From the NCBI GenBank assembly GCA_012295275.1, contig CM022667.1, positions 3,410,001 to 3,474,000 on the forward strand: a stretch of 64,000 nucleotides of DNA. The letters are read 5' to 3'. This DNA is from Chrysomallon squamiferum (lineage: Eukaryota > Animalia > Mollusca). The notes under the pieces were generated by a model. The model saw only the letters and a list, made by a program, of their open reading frames with translations. It was not told where the DNA came from and ran no database searches. Of the stretch, positions 44,487 through 58,692 are shown one piece after another. Position 1 is the stretch's first letter; the number at the start of each line of letters is the position of its first letter. A program made the position numbers and the translations under genes.

Positions 44487-44527
<41 letters not shown>

Positions 44528-47299
44528 AGAATTATTAATTACAATTATCCAGTTGGAAATACTGTTTCAAAATAATATTTTAATTATGAACTGTTTCTTA
44601 GAAGAAAACCTTTTAAACAATGGAATAAAGACAATTTCTATAATAGATAAGACAGTGCTAGTTTTCAAATCATCCAGCTGTGTTTGTGTGTGTATGTAAT
44701 ATTAGTCTCAGACAATTGTGAACTTGAGAGTTAATGTACACTCTGCACTGCATGGTAATGGTTTTTAATCTGGGCATAATAACAAAAATAATGGAAGTTG
44801 CTATCAAAGCACAAGATTTTAGAGACTGGTTTACAAACAACGTATAATCCAGTTACAGTCATATTGGTTTTTATTCCTTGAGGATTTGTCTGGATTTGTG
44901 ATTGTGTCGACAGTTGTGTTCCTATTTCAAGTTTCGCTGCTGAAGTTATTTATTCAGAATGTGATAAAATACTTATTTTTGACGATTTACTGATTGTTAT
45001 TTACTGATAAAAAATTTAGTATCTTGTGTGCTACTAAGTTATGATAAGTGGATGATGCTCTAGTACATGAGCACTGTTACTACTGTTTCTGTTACTAATA
45101 CTAATAGTATTAGACTGTTACTACTATTAAAACAAACACTAATAATAAATTGTGAAAACCAAGGTTCTGCAATGACAAAATTCAGCATAATTTATACAAT
45201 TTAAAAATAAAAGAAGACATTTATTTATTATTTTTTATTTACTTATTTATTATTTTTATTTATTTATTTATTTATTTATTTATTATTATTTATTATTTAT
45301 TTATTTGTTTATTATTTATTTATTTATTTATTATTTATTTTATTTATTTATGTTTATTTATTTATTTATTTATTTTTGATCATTTTAATTTAATTTTTTT
45401 TTTTTTAATGATCTGCTCGTAACAAGTTTAAAAAAAAAATCACCCCCCCCCGTAGTCATTAAATATTTAATTTGAAGTTACAGACCTATGTTTCTTAGTT
45501 CACAACGTTTAAAAACAAAAATAATAACCTCTTCCACAGACCAGTGTTGTTTGTGACAATTGACATGAACAGACAGACAGTCAGACACACGCTGACAATA
45601 AGCAGCATTAGGTAACATGGAAATCTCATTATTAACTGTTAATCATTTCATGAAGGACAGAAACACAATCTATCCATTAATTACTTTGTAAATACCGCTT
45701 GGTTCCGTGTTGTTCAAAAACAAACAGTGGAAATGCAGTCTAAAAACTGTTAAAATGTCTGGGTTCAGTGAGTTTAAAGGGTATTTTCAGATCTTTAAAC
45801 CATATATATATATATATATTTTAAAATAATTATTGATTTATTGATTTATCACTTAGATAATTTTCTCGTAATATTTTAATTAAATGACAGTGTTATTTTT
45901 TTTTTATGATAAAAAGTATTTATATGTTCTAACTATGCTCTTTTCTTTCTTTCTTTTTTTTTGTTTGTTTTTTCGTTTTCGTTTTTTTTTTTTAATATAA
46001 TTGTGATCTTAAAAAAACGCCGATAATATTTTAAATAAATAAAAGAAAAAGATGCAGAAGAAGAAAAAATAATCTTCATTTGTGAAATTCTGAATTTTTA
46101 AAAAAAAACTTGTTTCAGGAATGATTTTATTTTATTATATTTAATTTTTTTTGTTAAATTAAAACAAAAGTCATTATAACGTCTGGTTGTTGTTTGTTAG
46201 AAGTTGACAAAAATGTTTATTTTCTTTTTTTTCGCAGTCTGTTTGGAATGATGTTTTCTTGTTAATTAAACAGTACGAAGTGGCCAACATTGTCTTTTTT
46301 TCTCTTTTTTTTTTTTCGTTTTTCCTTTCCTTTTATTCTATCTTTATCCTATTTTTTTTTTTAACCACATGTTGTTATTTTTTTTACTATAGAGAATATC
46401 TTGTATGTGGTTTATGGAAAGAAATTTAAAAAAAAAAAAATAAAAAAAATAAAAAATCACAGAATCTTCCTGAAACACATTAAATAAAATGTACCAAAAA
46501 ACCCCCCAAAAAACCCAATTGTTTTTTTTGTGGTAATAAACAATTGTTTTGTTTTTTGGACAAGCACTGACTGATGTTTGTTGGTTCGTGCTTCTGTCAT
46601 GGGGTAACATCCTCAGAGTTTCTGGATCTAGTTCAAGGACAGGTAGAAGATGGTTGCTAATTAAGAAAAGTATTTATATATTTTTTTCTGAATCAAGGAA
46701 TGTAGATAATGGATTTTGCAACATGGTAAATCTATTGTTGAAACCAGACAGGCATTTAAAAAGCTTTTAAAAATAAAAGAAGAAATAAAAAAAAAAAAAA
46801 AAAAAGAAGAAGAAAAAATCAAAAAAGAAATCATTAAGTGTTAAAAAATTTAAAAGATAAGTTTCAAAATAAGAATAGAATTGACATAACACAAGAGATG
46901 TTTTTAAAGAAATTTTTGGAAACATGTTTAAAACAAATTATGATAAACAAAATGTTTAAAAAGCAATAATGATAAAAAAAAAAAAAAAAAATGATTTAAA
47001 AAAATGTTTAAGAAAAAATGAAGAAGATAAAATATAAATAGTAAATAAACAAAAAAGATGAAAAAAAAAAAGTTTTAAAAAAGGAAGAAGATAAAATAAA
47101 AATAGTAAATAAACAAATAATGATGAAAAAAAAAATGATAAAAAAAATGAAGAAGATAAAATATAAATGTTAAAACAAGATGATGGGTGGAAAAAAAGAA
47201 AAGAAATTAAACACGAAAAGATGTTTAAAAAAAAAAAATTGCTGAATTAAAAAACACACAGAGAACTACTTAAAAACACAACAACAAGAAAAAAAAGCT

Positions 47300-47590
47300 G
47301 TGAGGTAATTTATTAGTGTCAGTGTTAGATCCCTGAAAGAGATTGATGTTGTTGGAGCTGTTGAGATGCTGCAGAGTTGTCCTGCCACAGGTATGACGTC
47401 ATACCCCCAGCAGAGAGCAACGCTGACGTCAAAGACAGCGTCACGCCTCAACGCTTCTTCATTGTACCAAGCTAACCCCTCGCTGGGACTTCAACTGCTT
47501 GGAGTACGAATAAATTCAACAACGTAATAAATAGTAATTAATGAATAACTGCGCAGGTAGATCAGAAACGCTTGAGTGACCCCTGATTTT
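47300..47590. promoter_or_regulatory. Tandem CRE element
   Basis: TGACGTCA at 47394-47401 and 47424-47431, plus a further CGTCA half-site at 47439-47443. Confidence 0.5.
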
Positions 47591-50084
47591 TATCTTCCGT
47601 TGTTATTGTTTGCTGTTGTTGTTGTTGTTGTTGTTGTTATTAATATTAATAGCAGAATTAGCATCTCATAATTATCTATTATTTTCATGATCATCATCAT
47701 CATTATTGTTATTGTTATTATTAGCATCATCATTATTACCGTTATCAATATCGTTGTCAGCATTGTCATATCATTATTGTTATTAGCATTATCATCTTTA
47801 TCATTATCATTATTGGCACATCATCATTGTCATCATTATTATTATTACCATCATCCTAATAATCATCATTACCATCATCCTAATAATCATCATCGTCATC
47901 GTCATCATCACCATCATCATCATTATTTTTAATTTTGTATGTGTCAAAGTGGAAGAAAATCAAATCTGAGACTATGGTGTGATATTTATTTCCAGTATTA
48001 ATACTTGGTTTGGTGACAGTAGCCCAAGTAGAGGTGATGACACTGGGTTACCTTTTTAACACAGATGTTTTCAAACTAGTTCATTGACCTCCCTGAAGAT
48101 TATTAACTTTAAAAAATAATTTAAAAGGTTCAAATCAGTGTGGACCAGTATTTAGAGCTCTGAGCATTGTACCATTTTTTTTTTTTTCATTTTTGTCTTG
48201 TGGTTTTAGAAATTAATATATTCATGTACATGGACACCAAACAAGTTTTATTTCATTACTTCATTATTTAATGTAATTTTTTTTTTTTTGTTATTTTATT
48301 TTATTTTATTTTATTTTATTTTATTTTATTTTATTTATTTTTATTAATTGATTATTAATTACTGTTTTATTATTTATTGTTTTGAATGTGTATGAGATTA
48401 TACCACACAAATAAACTGCAGCAAACAATGGAAGACGAAGGTTCTGATATTCAGTAAATTGTTTTTAATTATTTACGAAGTGCTGGAAATAGATTCATTT
48501 TTAATATACCAGTCTACAAGTTCAGTACAATATGTGTACCGTTTTTCTAATTATGTGTGTGTTTTTGTGTGTGTGTGTGTGCTATTTTTGTGTGTTTTTT
48601 ATGTAAATGTGTGTGTGTATATGTTTTGTGAATGAGTATGCATGCATATGCATGTGTGTGGTATTTATGTGTATGTGTATGTGTGCACATATCTGTATTT
48701 ATCTGGGATTTTTCTTGCGTTGTATGTTTCGTACCTATATACATACATGTCTGTCCATTTTGTCCACAAACACAAAACAAATATGTGAAATATTAATTAT
48801 GCGTGTTTAAAACAAGGAAATTCTGTTCCTAGAACACACACTTTTACCTGTTTTAGGTGTGGAAAAATTCTATATAGAGTGAGTATAGGTAAGTGACTAT
48901 AGGTACTTGTGCACTCAGTTACCTGTCAACTCGGATTTCTTTAGATTGAAAAAAAAAAAAAATACAGAAACTTTATAGTTATTTACTTTTATTAGATCAG
49001 TATGAGGTAAATACTGTGTTTACATTATTTCTTTTCATAAACTAGTATAAATGTTTAACTGATATTACTACGTTAGTACTTTTACTGGTGGTACTGTTAC
49101 TATTATGCTGCTGCTATTAGTATGCTACATCTACTACAGCTACTACAACTATTCGAACTACCACTGTGACAACTACAACTCCTACAACTCCAACAATTAC
49201 TACTACTACAAATACTGTTGACACACCTATTATTTGCTACTGATGTTACTACTACTAATACCATTTGAATTATAAATATTACTTCAACTGCTACTGTTAC
49301 TGCAACTAATACTACTGCAACTAATACTACTGCAACTAATACTACTATACTACAACTACAACTACAACTGCTACTTCTACGACTACTGCTATCATAGCTT
49401 CTAATGCTGAAAACGTTTATAAATAATTTATGTACATTGTTATTATTCCGAAGCACAAATGTTGTAAAAATTAATTTACTATTGTTAATGTTGTTATTGT
49501 TATCTTTTTTTTTTTTTGTTCCCCCTAACAGATGATGCTTTGTATGTAACAGAACCGCTATCCAGAAATTTTGTTTATATTAACTTGATTGTAACCATCG
49601 TAAAACCCACCTGCAGCAATTACCGATGTCATTGTCGTTTCTGTTGTTATGATTATTATTTCTATTTCTATTATAATTTTGTTATTAATATTAATACTCT
49701 TTGTTATTACTACTTTACCGTTGTCGTCGATGTAATCATTAATGCTGTTGTTATTAAAACATATTTCTGTTGTCTGATTCATCACAATCATTCTCATTGT
49801 GATCTCCTTCGTTAGTTCATAATCATACAATCATTGCTGTTGCCATTATTGTTTGCATCATCAATTTATAATATTTATTATTTCATTACTTACTGTCATC
49901 ATCATCATCATCATCTTGTTTTTTAACTGCTACTAATCATTATCATTATCGCTGTTATTTTTTACTACTACTTCTACTGTAACAACAGTAAAACACTACT
50001 GCTTCTGCTGCTACTACTACTACTGTAATAAACTAATTCCAGTACTAGTACTAGTGCTACTATTCATACCACTAATACTCTTAC

Positions 50085-50330
50085 TATTAGTACTACTACT
50101 ACTACTACAACTACTACAACTACTACTGTAACTACTGCTAACCATTCATACATCAAATAAACATGAGACAAATGTTTGGACACAGCACTGTTCACTAATA
50201 CTCTTACTACTACTACTACTACTACTACTACAACTACTGCTACTGCATCTACTGCTAACCATTCACACATCAAATAAATATGAGACAAATGTTTGGACAC
50301 AGCACTGTTCACTAATACTCTTACAATTAG

Positions 50331-50378
<48 letters not shown>

Positions 50379-52047
50379 ATCTACTGCTAACCATTCACAC
50401 ATCAAATAAACATGAGACAAATGTTTGGACACAGTACTCTTCACTAATACTCTTACTACTACTACTACTACAACTACTACTACAACTACTGCTAACCATT
50501 CACACATCAAATAAACACGAGACAAATGTTTGGACACAGCTCTTCACTAATGCTCTTACAATCAGTACTACTACTACTACAACTACTACTACAACTACTA
50601 CTACTGCTACTACATCTACTGCTAACCATTCACACATCAAATAAACATGAGACAAATGTTTGGACACAGTACTCTTCACTAATACTCTTACTATTAGTAC
50701 TACTACTACTACTACAACTACTACAACAACTACTGCTAACCATTCACACATCAAATAAACATGAGACAAATGTTTGGACACAGCATACTTCACTAATACT
50801 CTTACTATTAGTACTACTACTACTACTACTGCTACATCTACTGCTAACCATTCACACATCAAATAAACATGAGACAAATGTTTGGACACAGTACTCTTCA
50901 CTAATACTCTTACTATTAGTACTACTACTACTACAACTACTACTACATCTACTGCTAACCATTCACACATCAAATAAACATGAGACAAATGTTTGGACAC
51001 AGTACTCTTCACTAATACTCTTACTATTAGTACTACTACTACTACAACTACTACTACATCTACTGCTAACCATTCACACATCAAATAAACATGAGACAAA
51101 TGTTTGGACACAGCATTCTTCACTAATACTCTTACTATTAGTACTACTACTACTACTACTACTACAACTACTGCTAACCATTCACACATCAAATAAACAT
51201 GAGACAAATGTTTGGACACAGCACTCTTCACTAATACTCTTACTACTACTACTACTACTACAACAACTACTACTACATCTACTGCTAACCATTCACACAT
51301 CAAATAAACATGAGACAAATGTTTGGACACAGCACTGTTCACTAATACTCTTACTATTAGTACTACTACTACAACTACTACAACTACTACTACTACATCT
51401 ACTGCTAACCATTCACACATCAAATAACCATGAGACAAATGTTTGGACACAGCACTGTTCACTAATACTCTTAGTACTACTACTACTACATCTACTGCTA
51501 ACCATTCACACATCAAATAAACATGAGACAAATGTTTGGACACAGCACTGTTCATCTCTGAGCATGGCAGATATTTTACTCTTACTACTACTACTACTAC
51601 TACAACAACTACTACTACATCTACTGCTAACCATTCACACATCAAATAAACATGAGACAAATGTTTGGACACAGCACTGTTCACTAATACTCTTACTATT
51701 AGTACTACTACTACTACAACTACTACTACATCTACTGCTAACCATTGACACATCAAATAAACATGAGACAAATGTTTGGACACAGTACTCTTCACTAATA
51801 CTCTTACTATTAGTACTACTACTACTACAACTACTACTACATCTACTGCTAACCATTCACACATCAAATAAACATGAGACAAATGTTTGAACACAGCACT
51901 GTTCACTAATACTCTTACTATTAGTACTACTACTACTACAACTACTACAACTACTACTACTACATCTACTGCTAACCATTGACACATCAAATAAACATGA
52001 GACAAATATTTGGACACAGCACTCTTCACTAATACTCTTACAATTAG

Positions 52048-52080
<33 letters not shown>

Positions 52081-52901
52081 AACTACTACTACATCTACTG
52101 CTAACCATTCACACATCAAATAAACATGAGACAAATGTTTGGACAGCACTCTTCACTAATACTCTTACTATTACTACTACTACTACTACAACTACTACTA
52201 CTGCTAACCATTCACACATCAAATAAACATGAGACAAATGTTTGGACACAGCACTGTTCACTAATACTCTTACTATTAATACAACTACTACTACTACTAC
52301 AACTACTACTACATCTACTGCTAACCATTCACACATCAAATAAACATGAGACAAATGTTTGGACACAGCACTCTTCACTAATACTCTTACTACTAGTACT
52401 ACTACTACTACTACTACAACTACTACTACTACTACTACTACAGCTACTGCTAACCATTCACACATCAAATAAACATGAGACAAATGTTTGGACACAGCAC
52501 TGTTCACTAATACTCTTACAATTAGTACTACTACTACTACTACAACTACTACTACTACAACTACTGCTAACCATTCACACATCAAATAAACATGAGACAA
52601 ATGTTTGGACACAGCATACTTCACTAATACTCTTACTATTAGTACTATTACTACTACTACAACAACTACTACTACAACTACTGCTACTACATCTACTGCT
52701 AACCATTCACACATCAAATAAACATGAGACAAATGTTTGGACACAGCTCTCTTCACTAATACTCTTACTACTAGTACTACTACTACTACAACAACTACTA
52801 CTACAACTACAACATCTACTGCTAACCATTCACACATCAAATAAACATGAGACAAATGTTTGGACACAGCACTGTTCATCTCTGAGCAGGGCAGATATTT
52901 T
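50085..52901. repeat. Composite satellite: 24 copies of a conserved ~75-bp core separated by variable (ACT/ACA)n spacers
   Basis: Core ctactgctaaccattcacacatcaaataaacatgagacaaatgtttggacacagcact[g/c]ttcactaatactctt counted 24 times. Period is about 93-132 bp. Confidence 0.95.
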
Positions 52902-53533
52902 ATTCATGGACGCTGCTGAGGTATGAAACTTCATAAGCTGCTTGGTAATTGTCATATTCAAAGAACACAGACCATATCGGTGACAAGTTGAACACTTCTG
53001 CAAAGTGACCAGACTTTCAGATATCTGCAACTTGAATTAATATTGATTTCTCCAAAGTATTCTCCATAAACGAATATTTTTCGCTGCCTTCATTTGCATA
53101 AATATAGGCTGGTGTGGATTAACACAGTTATATGACATTAATAACCTCATTGCGTTTGCATCTTTTAATACCAAGCATGTTTCAGTTTGGTCAGCCAGAT
53201 ATATTTCCATGTCTAAAAACCTCAAATTGATTTGAGACCGACTTGGTTTTTCTTTTTGATTTCTGTTAATTTAAATTTGTTGAGTTATAAAAAAAAAATT
53301 ATAAATTTTTTATGACGTTTCTGTGTAGGTTTAAAGAAATATTTAGATTATAACAAAAAAAAGAAAAAAAAATAATAGCCGAAAAAAAAAACTACCACAA
53401 TAATAATAATAATAAAAAAAACAACTTCAATAACAATATCACTGACAAGTTCAGTAACAATTTCAGTAACAATTCCATACCACAGTAACAATTATTTTAA
53501 AAAAATTATAAGAAATACTAATTAATATTATTT

Positions 53534-53567
<34 letters not shown>

Positions 53568-53805
53568 GGTCAAGCAAGGAAATTTTGTATGAACACAAAA
53601 TTTACTAATTTCTATTTTAATAATTTGAGTAATGTTTTAATTAATAATTGTTAACATTTAAATTAATTTTTTTTTTTTAAAAACGTCATGAGGAAAGTAA
53701 ACAATTTCAACTCACTAACTTACATTAACCTTCTTGTTCATAAATATTTATGAGTGTAAGTATTTTTATTTTTTTTTAAATCTGTAGACATGCAGGTGCA
53801 GTCTG

Positions 53806-53837
<32 letters not shown>

Positions 53838-55824
53838 AGCATGCAAAAAATATGGATTTCATTATTATTATTATTTTTCAAAACTACAACGCACATTATA
53901 ATTACATCCTATCACAAAGCGAAATTTGAAAAATAATCCACTCTTTGAGGCATTTTTTGCGCTTATCTGTATCCATCCATCTAAACCATCTTCGCAATTG
54001 CAGCAATAATATATTTCGAAACTGTTGAATTTTGACAGTTTCTTTTCATTTAGCTCTGGCAGGTGCTTCTAGCGTCTCTAATCTGACAAAAAAAAAAAAA
54101 CAGGTAAGTTGTTCGGCTTCGTATTTTGTTCCGCTAATATCTCCAGCTAACGTTGTCATTGAGGGTGATGTTTGATCTTTTCAGTCTTGTCAGTGTTTTT
54201 CAATTAATTGTTTTCTGACGTTGCTCCAATACAGATGAACTCGTCGTACATACATACACAGTTAAGTTATTTCAAGACAGTAAGTGTGATTGTTTTCCCC
54301 TTTTTCGCAAACATTTTTTGCCTAATTTATTGAAAGAATTTGAGTGATTGAGTTTGTCTAGGTTTGATCATTGTTTTGTGTGTATTTTTTTTAAATTAGA
54401 ACCCTGTTGTAAATTACTAATTTCAGTTTGTTGTCGATATGAACTTATCATGCATTGTGTTAATAGATGACACGAATGAACTTAACTTTTCATTTTTTTT
54501 TTTTTTTTTTTTTGAATTTTTTTTTTGAATTTTTTTTTATTATTGTTTTTGGTTTATTTATTGTTATTAAAAGTTGAATTTTTAATTTTAATTTTTGAAT
54601 TTTTTTTTTTTTTTTTTTTGATTATTTTGTTATCTGGTTATTTAATGTTGGACGTGTGAGATACGGTGTATAATTAAACATGTGTATTTAACATGAGGGC
54701 GGTTCAGTGTATGCAAATAGCAATTCTATATGTACCTTAATGACACAGAATAGAAATTAGCTTTAAAATGAAGTTAGAAAAAAAATAATAACTACCATAA
54801 ACAATTTACCATTTTTATTTATTTATTTATTTTTTCCGAATTATTTTAAAATGCATGCATTTATCCATTTCTGTAATTATGTGTTTGTGTCTGAATTGTG
54901 TTGCATATATATATTCTGTGTGTATGTGTGTGTGTGTGTGTTTGTGTGTGTGTTTGTGTTTGATTTGGGTGCATTTATCTGAACAGTGTGTATTTTTGTT
55001 TGGTATGTTTTGTTTGTGTATGCATATATCTAGATATGAATAATCTATATAATGAAATTATGAATGAATATGTATGTTTGTATGTTTGTATAGGGATGTT
55101 TATTATTATTTATGTTTTCTGTTTATAAATAGGACAAAAGGAATAATAATAACAGCAAAGTATGTGTGTGTGTGTTTGTGTCTTTGTCTCTGTGTGTGTG
55201 TCTTTGTGTATGTGTATGTGTGTGTCCATATGGATATTAATGTGAATATGTATGTATGCACGTGTGTTTGGATTGTTATATATGTAAAAATATTGATAAA
55301 AATATTGTGTTTATTGTAACTTAAACCAGTTGTCTAGCAAGTTCGACTATTAGTTAATTTAAAATAAGTAATAAATGTAAATGCATATAATGACCAGAAT
55401 ATTTTCAAACTCTATTCTCATTACATATTACAAGCCGTTTTTCCTTTTAGTTTTATACATTTTCTAAAGGGCAAGTTTTAAATAGAAATTAAAAAAAAAA
55501 AAAAAAAAAAAAATAAAAACCTTTTTAAAAATTCATTTTACACAGATGATATCGGGGTAGTTATAAATGTCTTTCATCCGTAGATGTTGAAATATTATAA
55601 TAGTAGTCATCTTTAATTCATCTTGGCTGACAATTTACATAATGGTACGTTTTAAATCATCAGGTTAAGACATTTGCCACATCAAACTCACTGTTTAAGC
55701 ATCAGTGAAGTATATGTGAATGACCTTTACTGTTATACTCTTCGAAAAAAGAAATGTACAGAGGTGCGTGAATATATCTGTTTTTTCTATATCTATCTTT
55801 ATATGTGTGTGTGTGTGTGTTTTG

Positions 55825-56166
55825 TGTTTTAAAATACAGCTGTATACATAGTAATGTTAAAAAATATACTTTCATTCAGTAATCCAGACATTATGCCTTT
55901 GTTGTAAATCTGTGTGTGTGTATGTATGTGTCTGTGTGTTTACGTGTCTCTGTGTGTATGTGTATGTGTGTCTGGGTGTGTATGTGTGTGTGTGTGTGAG
56001 TTTGAGTATGTGGGTGTGGGTGTTAAAATACAGCTGTATAATGCTACATAGTAATTTAAAAAATGTATTTTCATTTGGTAATCCAAAAATTATGCCTTTG
56101 TTACAGATCATCAAATGCCTTACAGTGTGTTCTCAGAAATAAATTTGTTTGTGTGTGTGTGTGTGT

Positions 56167-56214
<48 letters not shown>

Positions 56215-56215
56215 C

Positions 56216-56303
<88 letters not shown>

Positions 56304-56452
56304 TGTGTGTCTGTGTGCATGTGTCTTTGTGTATGTGTGTCTGTGAATATGTGTCAGTGGGTGTATGGATGTATGTGTGTGTAAAAGCCCAACTGTACAC
56401 TTAGTTCTATTTTATGCAGTAATCCAAACATTATGACTTTGTTACAGATTTC
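55825..56452. repeat. Three copies of an ~80-bp core separated by (TG)n tracts
   Basis: aaaatacagctgtata..tagt..gtaatcca..attatgcctttgtt at ~55831, ~56026 and ~56385. Confidence 0.8.
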
Positions 56453-56577
56453 ATACCCAGCAGGACATCCCTGCCCACAGTCCATGACACCTGTGTAACA
56501 GTATTTACATTAATGATTAACACGAGTTGCATCAAGTGACCCATTTCTCTGTTATATGTCCGGGATCGTTGTTTTGT

Positions 56578-56620
<43 letters not shown>

Positions 56621-57058
56621 TTATATTTTTTATCTTAGACATAAAATCTCCTGTCACTACAAAACCTAATCATCTGTTTTACGATCGCAGGACACAGATT
56701 TATTCATTTAGCAGAAGCAGAGGATTGTTTTATTATTTACCTTCCCTTTGGCAGGAAGAAAAAAATAAACAACAACAACAAAAATGTTACTATTTCTGAT
56801 AAACTGAATCTAGAGCAGTGGCAAGATTAGGAAATAGTGATGGTGGTGAATAGAAGAGGTTTGATCCTGTAGTAGTAGTAACAGATTAATTCTGTAATAA
56901 ATGTTAGAAATTCCGTAAAAGAAAAACAGCTGAAATTTATTTTGCCTGCTTAATAACATAATAGGCATCATATACATGTCTGTATATTGTAGTGTGTGTG
57001 TGTGTGTATGTATCTGTTATATATACACACAGATATTACACATATACATTTATATATT

Positions 57059-57098
<40 letters not shown>

Positions 57099-57776
57099 TT
57101 TAGAGCGTTTATGTACATTATTTTATGCCTGTGTATGTAATATATTGTGTATACTTTTATATATTTATTTTTTGAAGTATATTTTGTCCATTAGAATATT
57201 ACAATTTTTATCTGCTTGTTTTAATTTCTAACCCTCAGCAACTGACAAAAAGCATAAACTCAAATCTGTTAGGTGCACATTTTATTGTTTCCATCATCAA
57301 TAAAAGTTATAAATACATTGTCCTGCATGTTTCTAATGTACCCATACATTTTATTAATCTGTATTTATGAATAATAATAGTATTATAATTAAAAGTAATA
57401 AAAAATGGAGAACAGTTTTAGAAAATCAAATTTCCCTCAGATGAATATTATTTATAGATTTTTGAATTAAAAAAAAAATTAATTTTTTAATTTTAATTTT
57501 CTCTTTTGATTATTTTGTTTGCTTTGGGTTCCATAGTTAATTAATTAATTAATTTTATTTTATTTTATTTTATTTTATTTTATTTTTTAATTTACCTATT
57601 TATTTATTATTTAAATTTTATTTTATTTTATTCTATTTTATTAAATATAGTTTATTTTTTATTTTTTATTTTATTTATTTATTTACTTTATTTGGTTAGT
57701 TTTGCTTTGTTTGTTATTTACTTATTTTTATTTTTATTTTTATTTTTATTTTTATTTTTATTTTTATTTTTTTTTT

Positions 57777-57820
<44 letters not shown>

Positions 57821-58544
57821 TATTTATTTAGTTTATTTCATTAGTTTTGCTTTGTTTATTATTTACTTATTTTATTTCAATTTATTGTATTTTTCTTTTC
57901 TCTCTCTCTCTTTCTTTTTTTTTTCTTTATTTCTTTCTTTCTTTCTTTATTTATTTATTTACTTGTTAACCTATTCCAATGTTTTCACACATCAAGGTCA
58001 ATGTCTCACTATGACAACAGATGTCGTGAACAGATCTAGTTCTACCAGTCTCTCGTCTGTGTGTCTGTATGTCTGACTGAACTCGCTGAGTTCACTCTGA
58101 TCATCTTTTCTCATCTCAAACACACTGATAACTCAGACAACATTTGTTTCACTTACCGTTCTGATAACGCTTTTTACACACACAGATGCACGCACACGCA
58201 GAGACACACAGACACACATACACACACACATTCATTATAGAGCTGATATAAGGTTTATTTTGGTTCATAGAGCTACGATAAAAAAAAACAGTTTCACAAA
58301 AATAACTTAAACATAGTTTTGGTATTGCTGCTTATAAGAGATTTCTGTTGGTGTATAGTTTTAAACAAGATTCCTTTCAGCATACATCTTGGAAAAGGTT
58401 TGTTTCACTTTATAATTTTATATTTTATTTCAATACATTGGTATGTGGTTTATACAAGGTTTGTTTAGTATATTGATGAGAACACTGTTTGGAATGGAAG
58501 AGGTTCATGATTTACATTGATTACTTATCAAAACAGTACTGTGA

Positions 58545-58692
58545 ACCTAAACCTATATCATTATCCAATCATCTGATGTTAAACCTACATCATTATCCAA
58601 TCATCTGATGTAAAAACCTACATCATTATCCAAACATCTGATGTTAAACCTACAGCATTAATCTAGACATCTGATGTAAAAACCTACAGCCT
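58545..58692. repeat. ~31-bp minisatellite (aaacctacatcattatccaatcatctgatgt), 4-5 copies
   Basis: Seen directly. Confidence 0.9.

Noticed and set aside
50085-52901. CRISPR array
   Set aside because: The repeat is ~75 bp, spacers are (ACT)n simple sequence rather than unique, there are no cas genes, and the context is eukaryotic.
50064-52926. Long poly-Val/poly-Leu ORFs (549, 454, 266, 256 aa) as real proteins
   Set aside because: Open on both strands because the units are mostly multiples of 3; interrupted by 2-nt deletions; no supporting gene structure.
52830-53225. Two short minus-strand ORFs, one containing CSTC, next to the array
   Set aside because: No recognisable family, non-ATG starts and weak splice signals; cannot be supported as coding.
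58078-58094. tgaactc-gct-gagttca inverted repeat
   Set aside because: A 7-bp stem is expected by chance in 64 kb.
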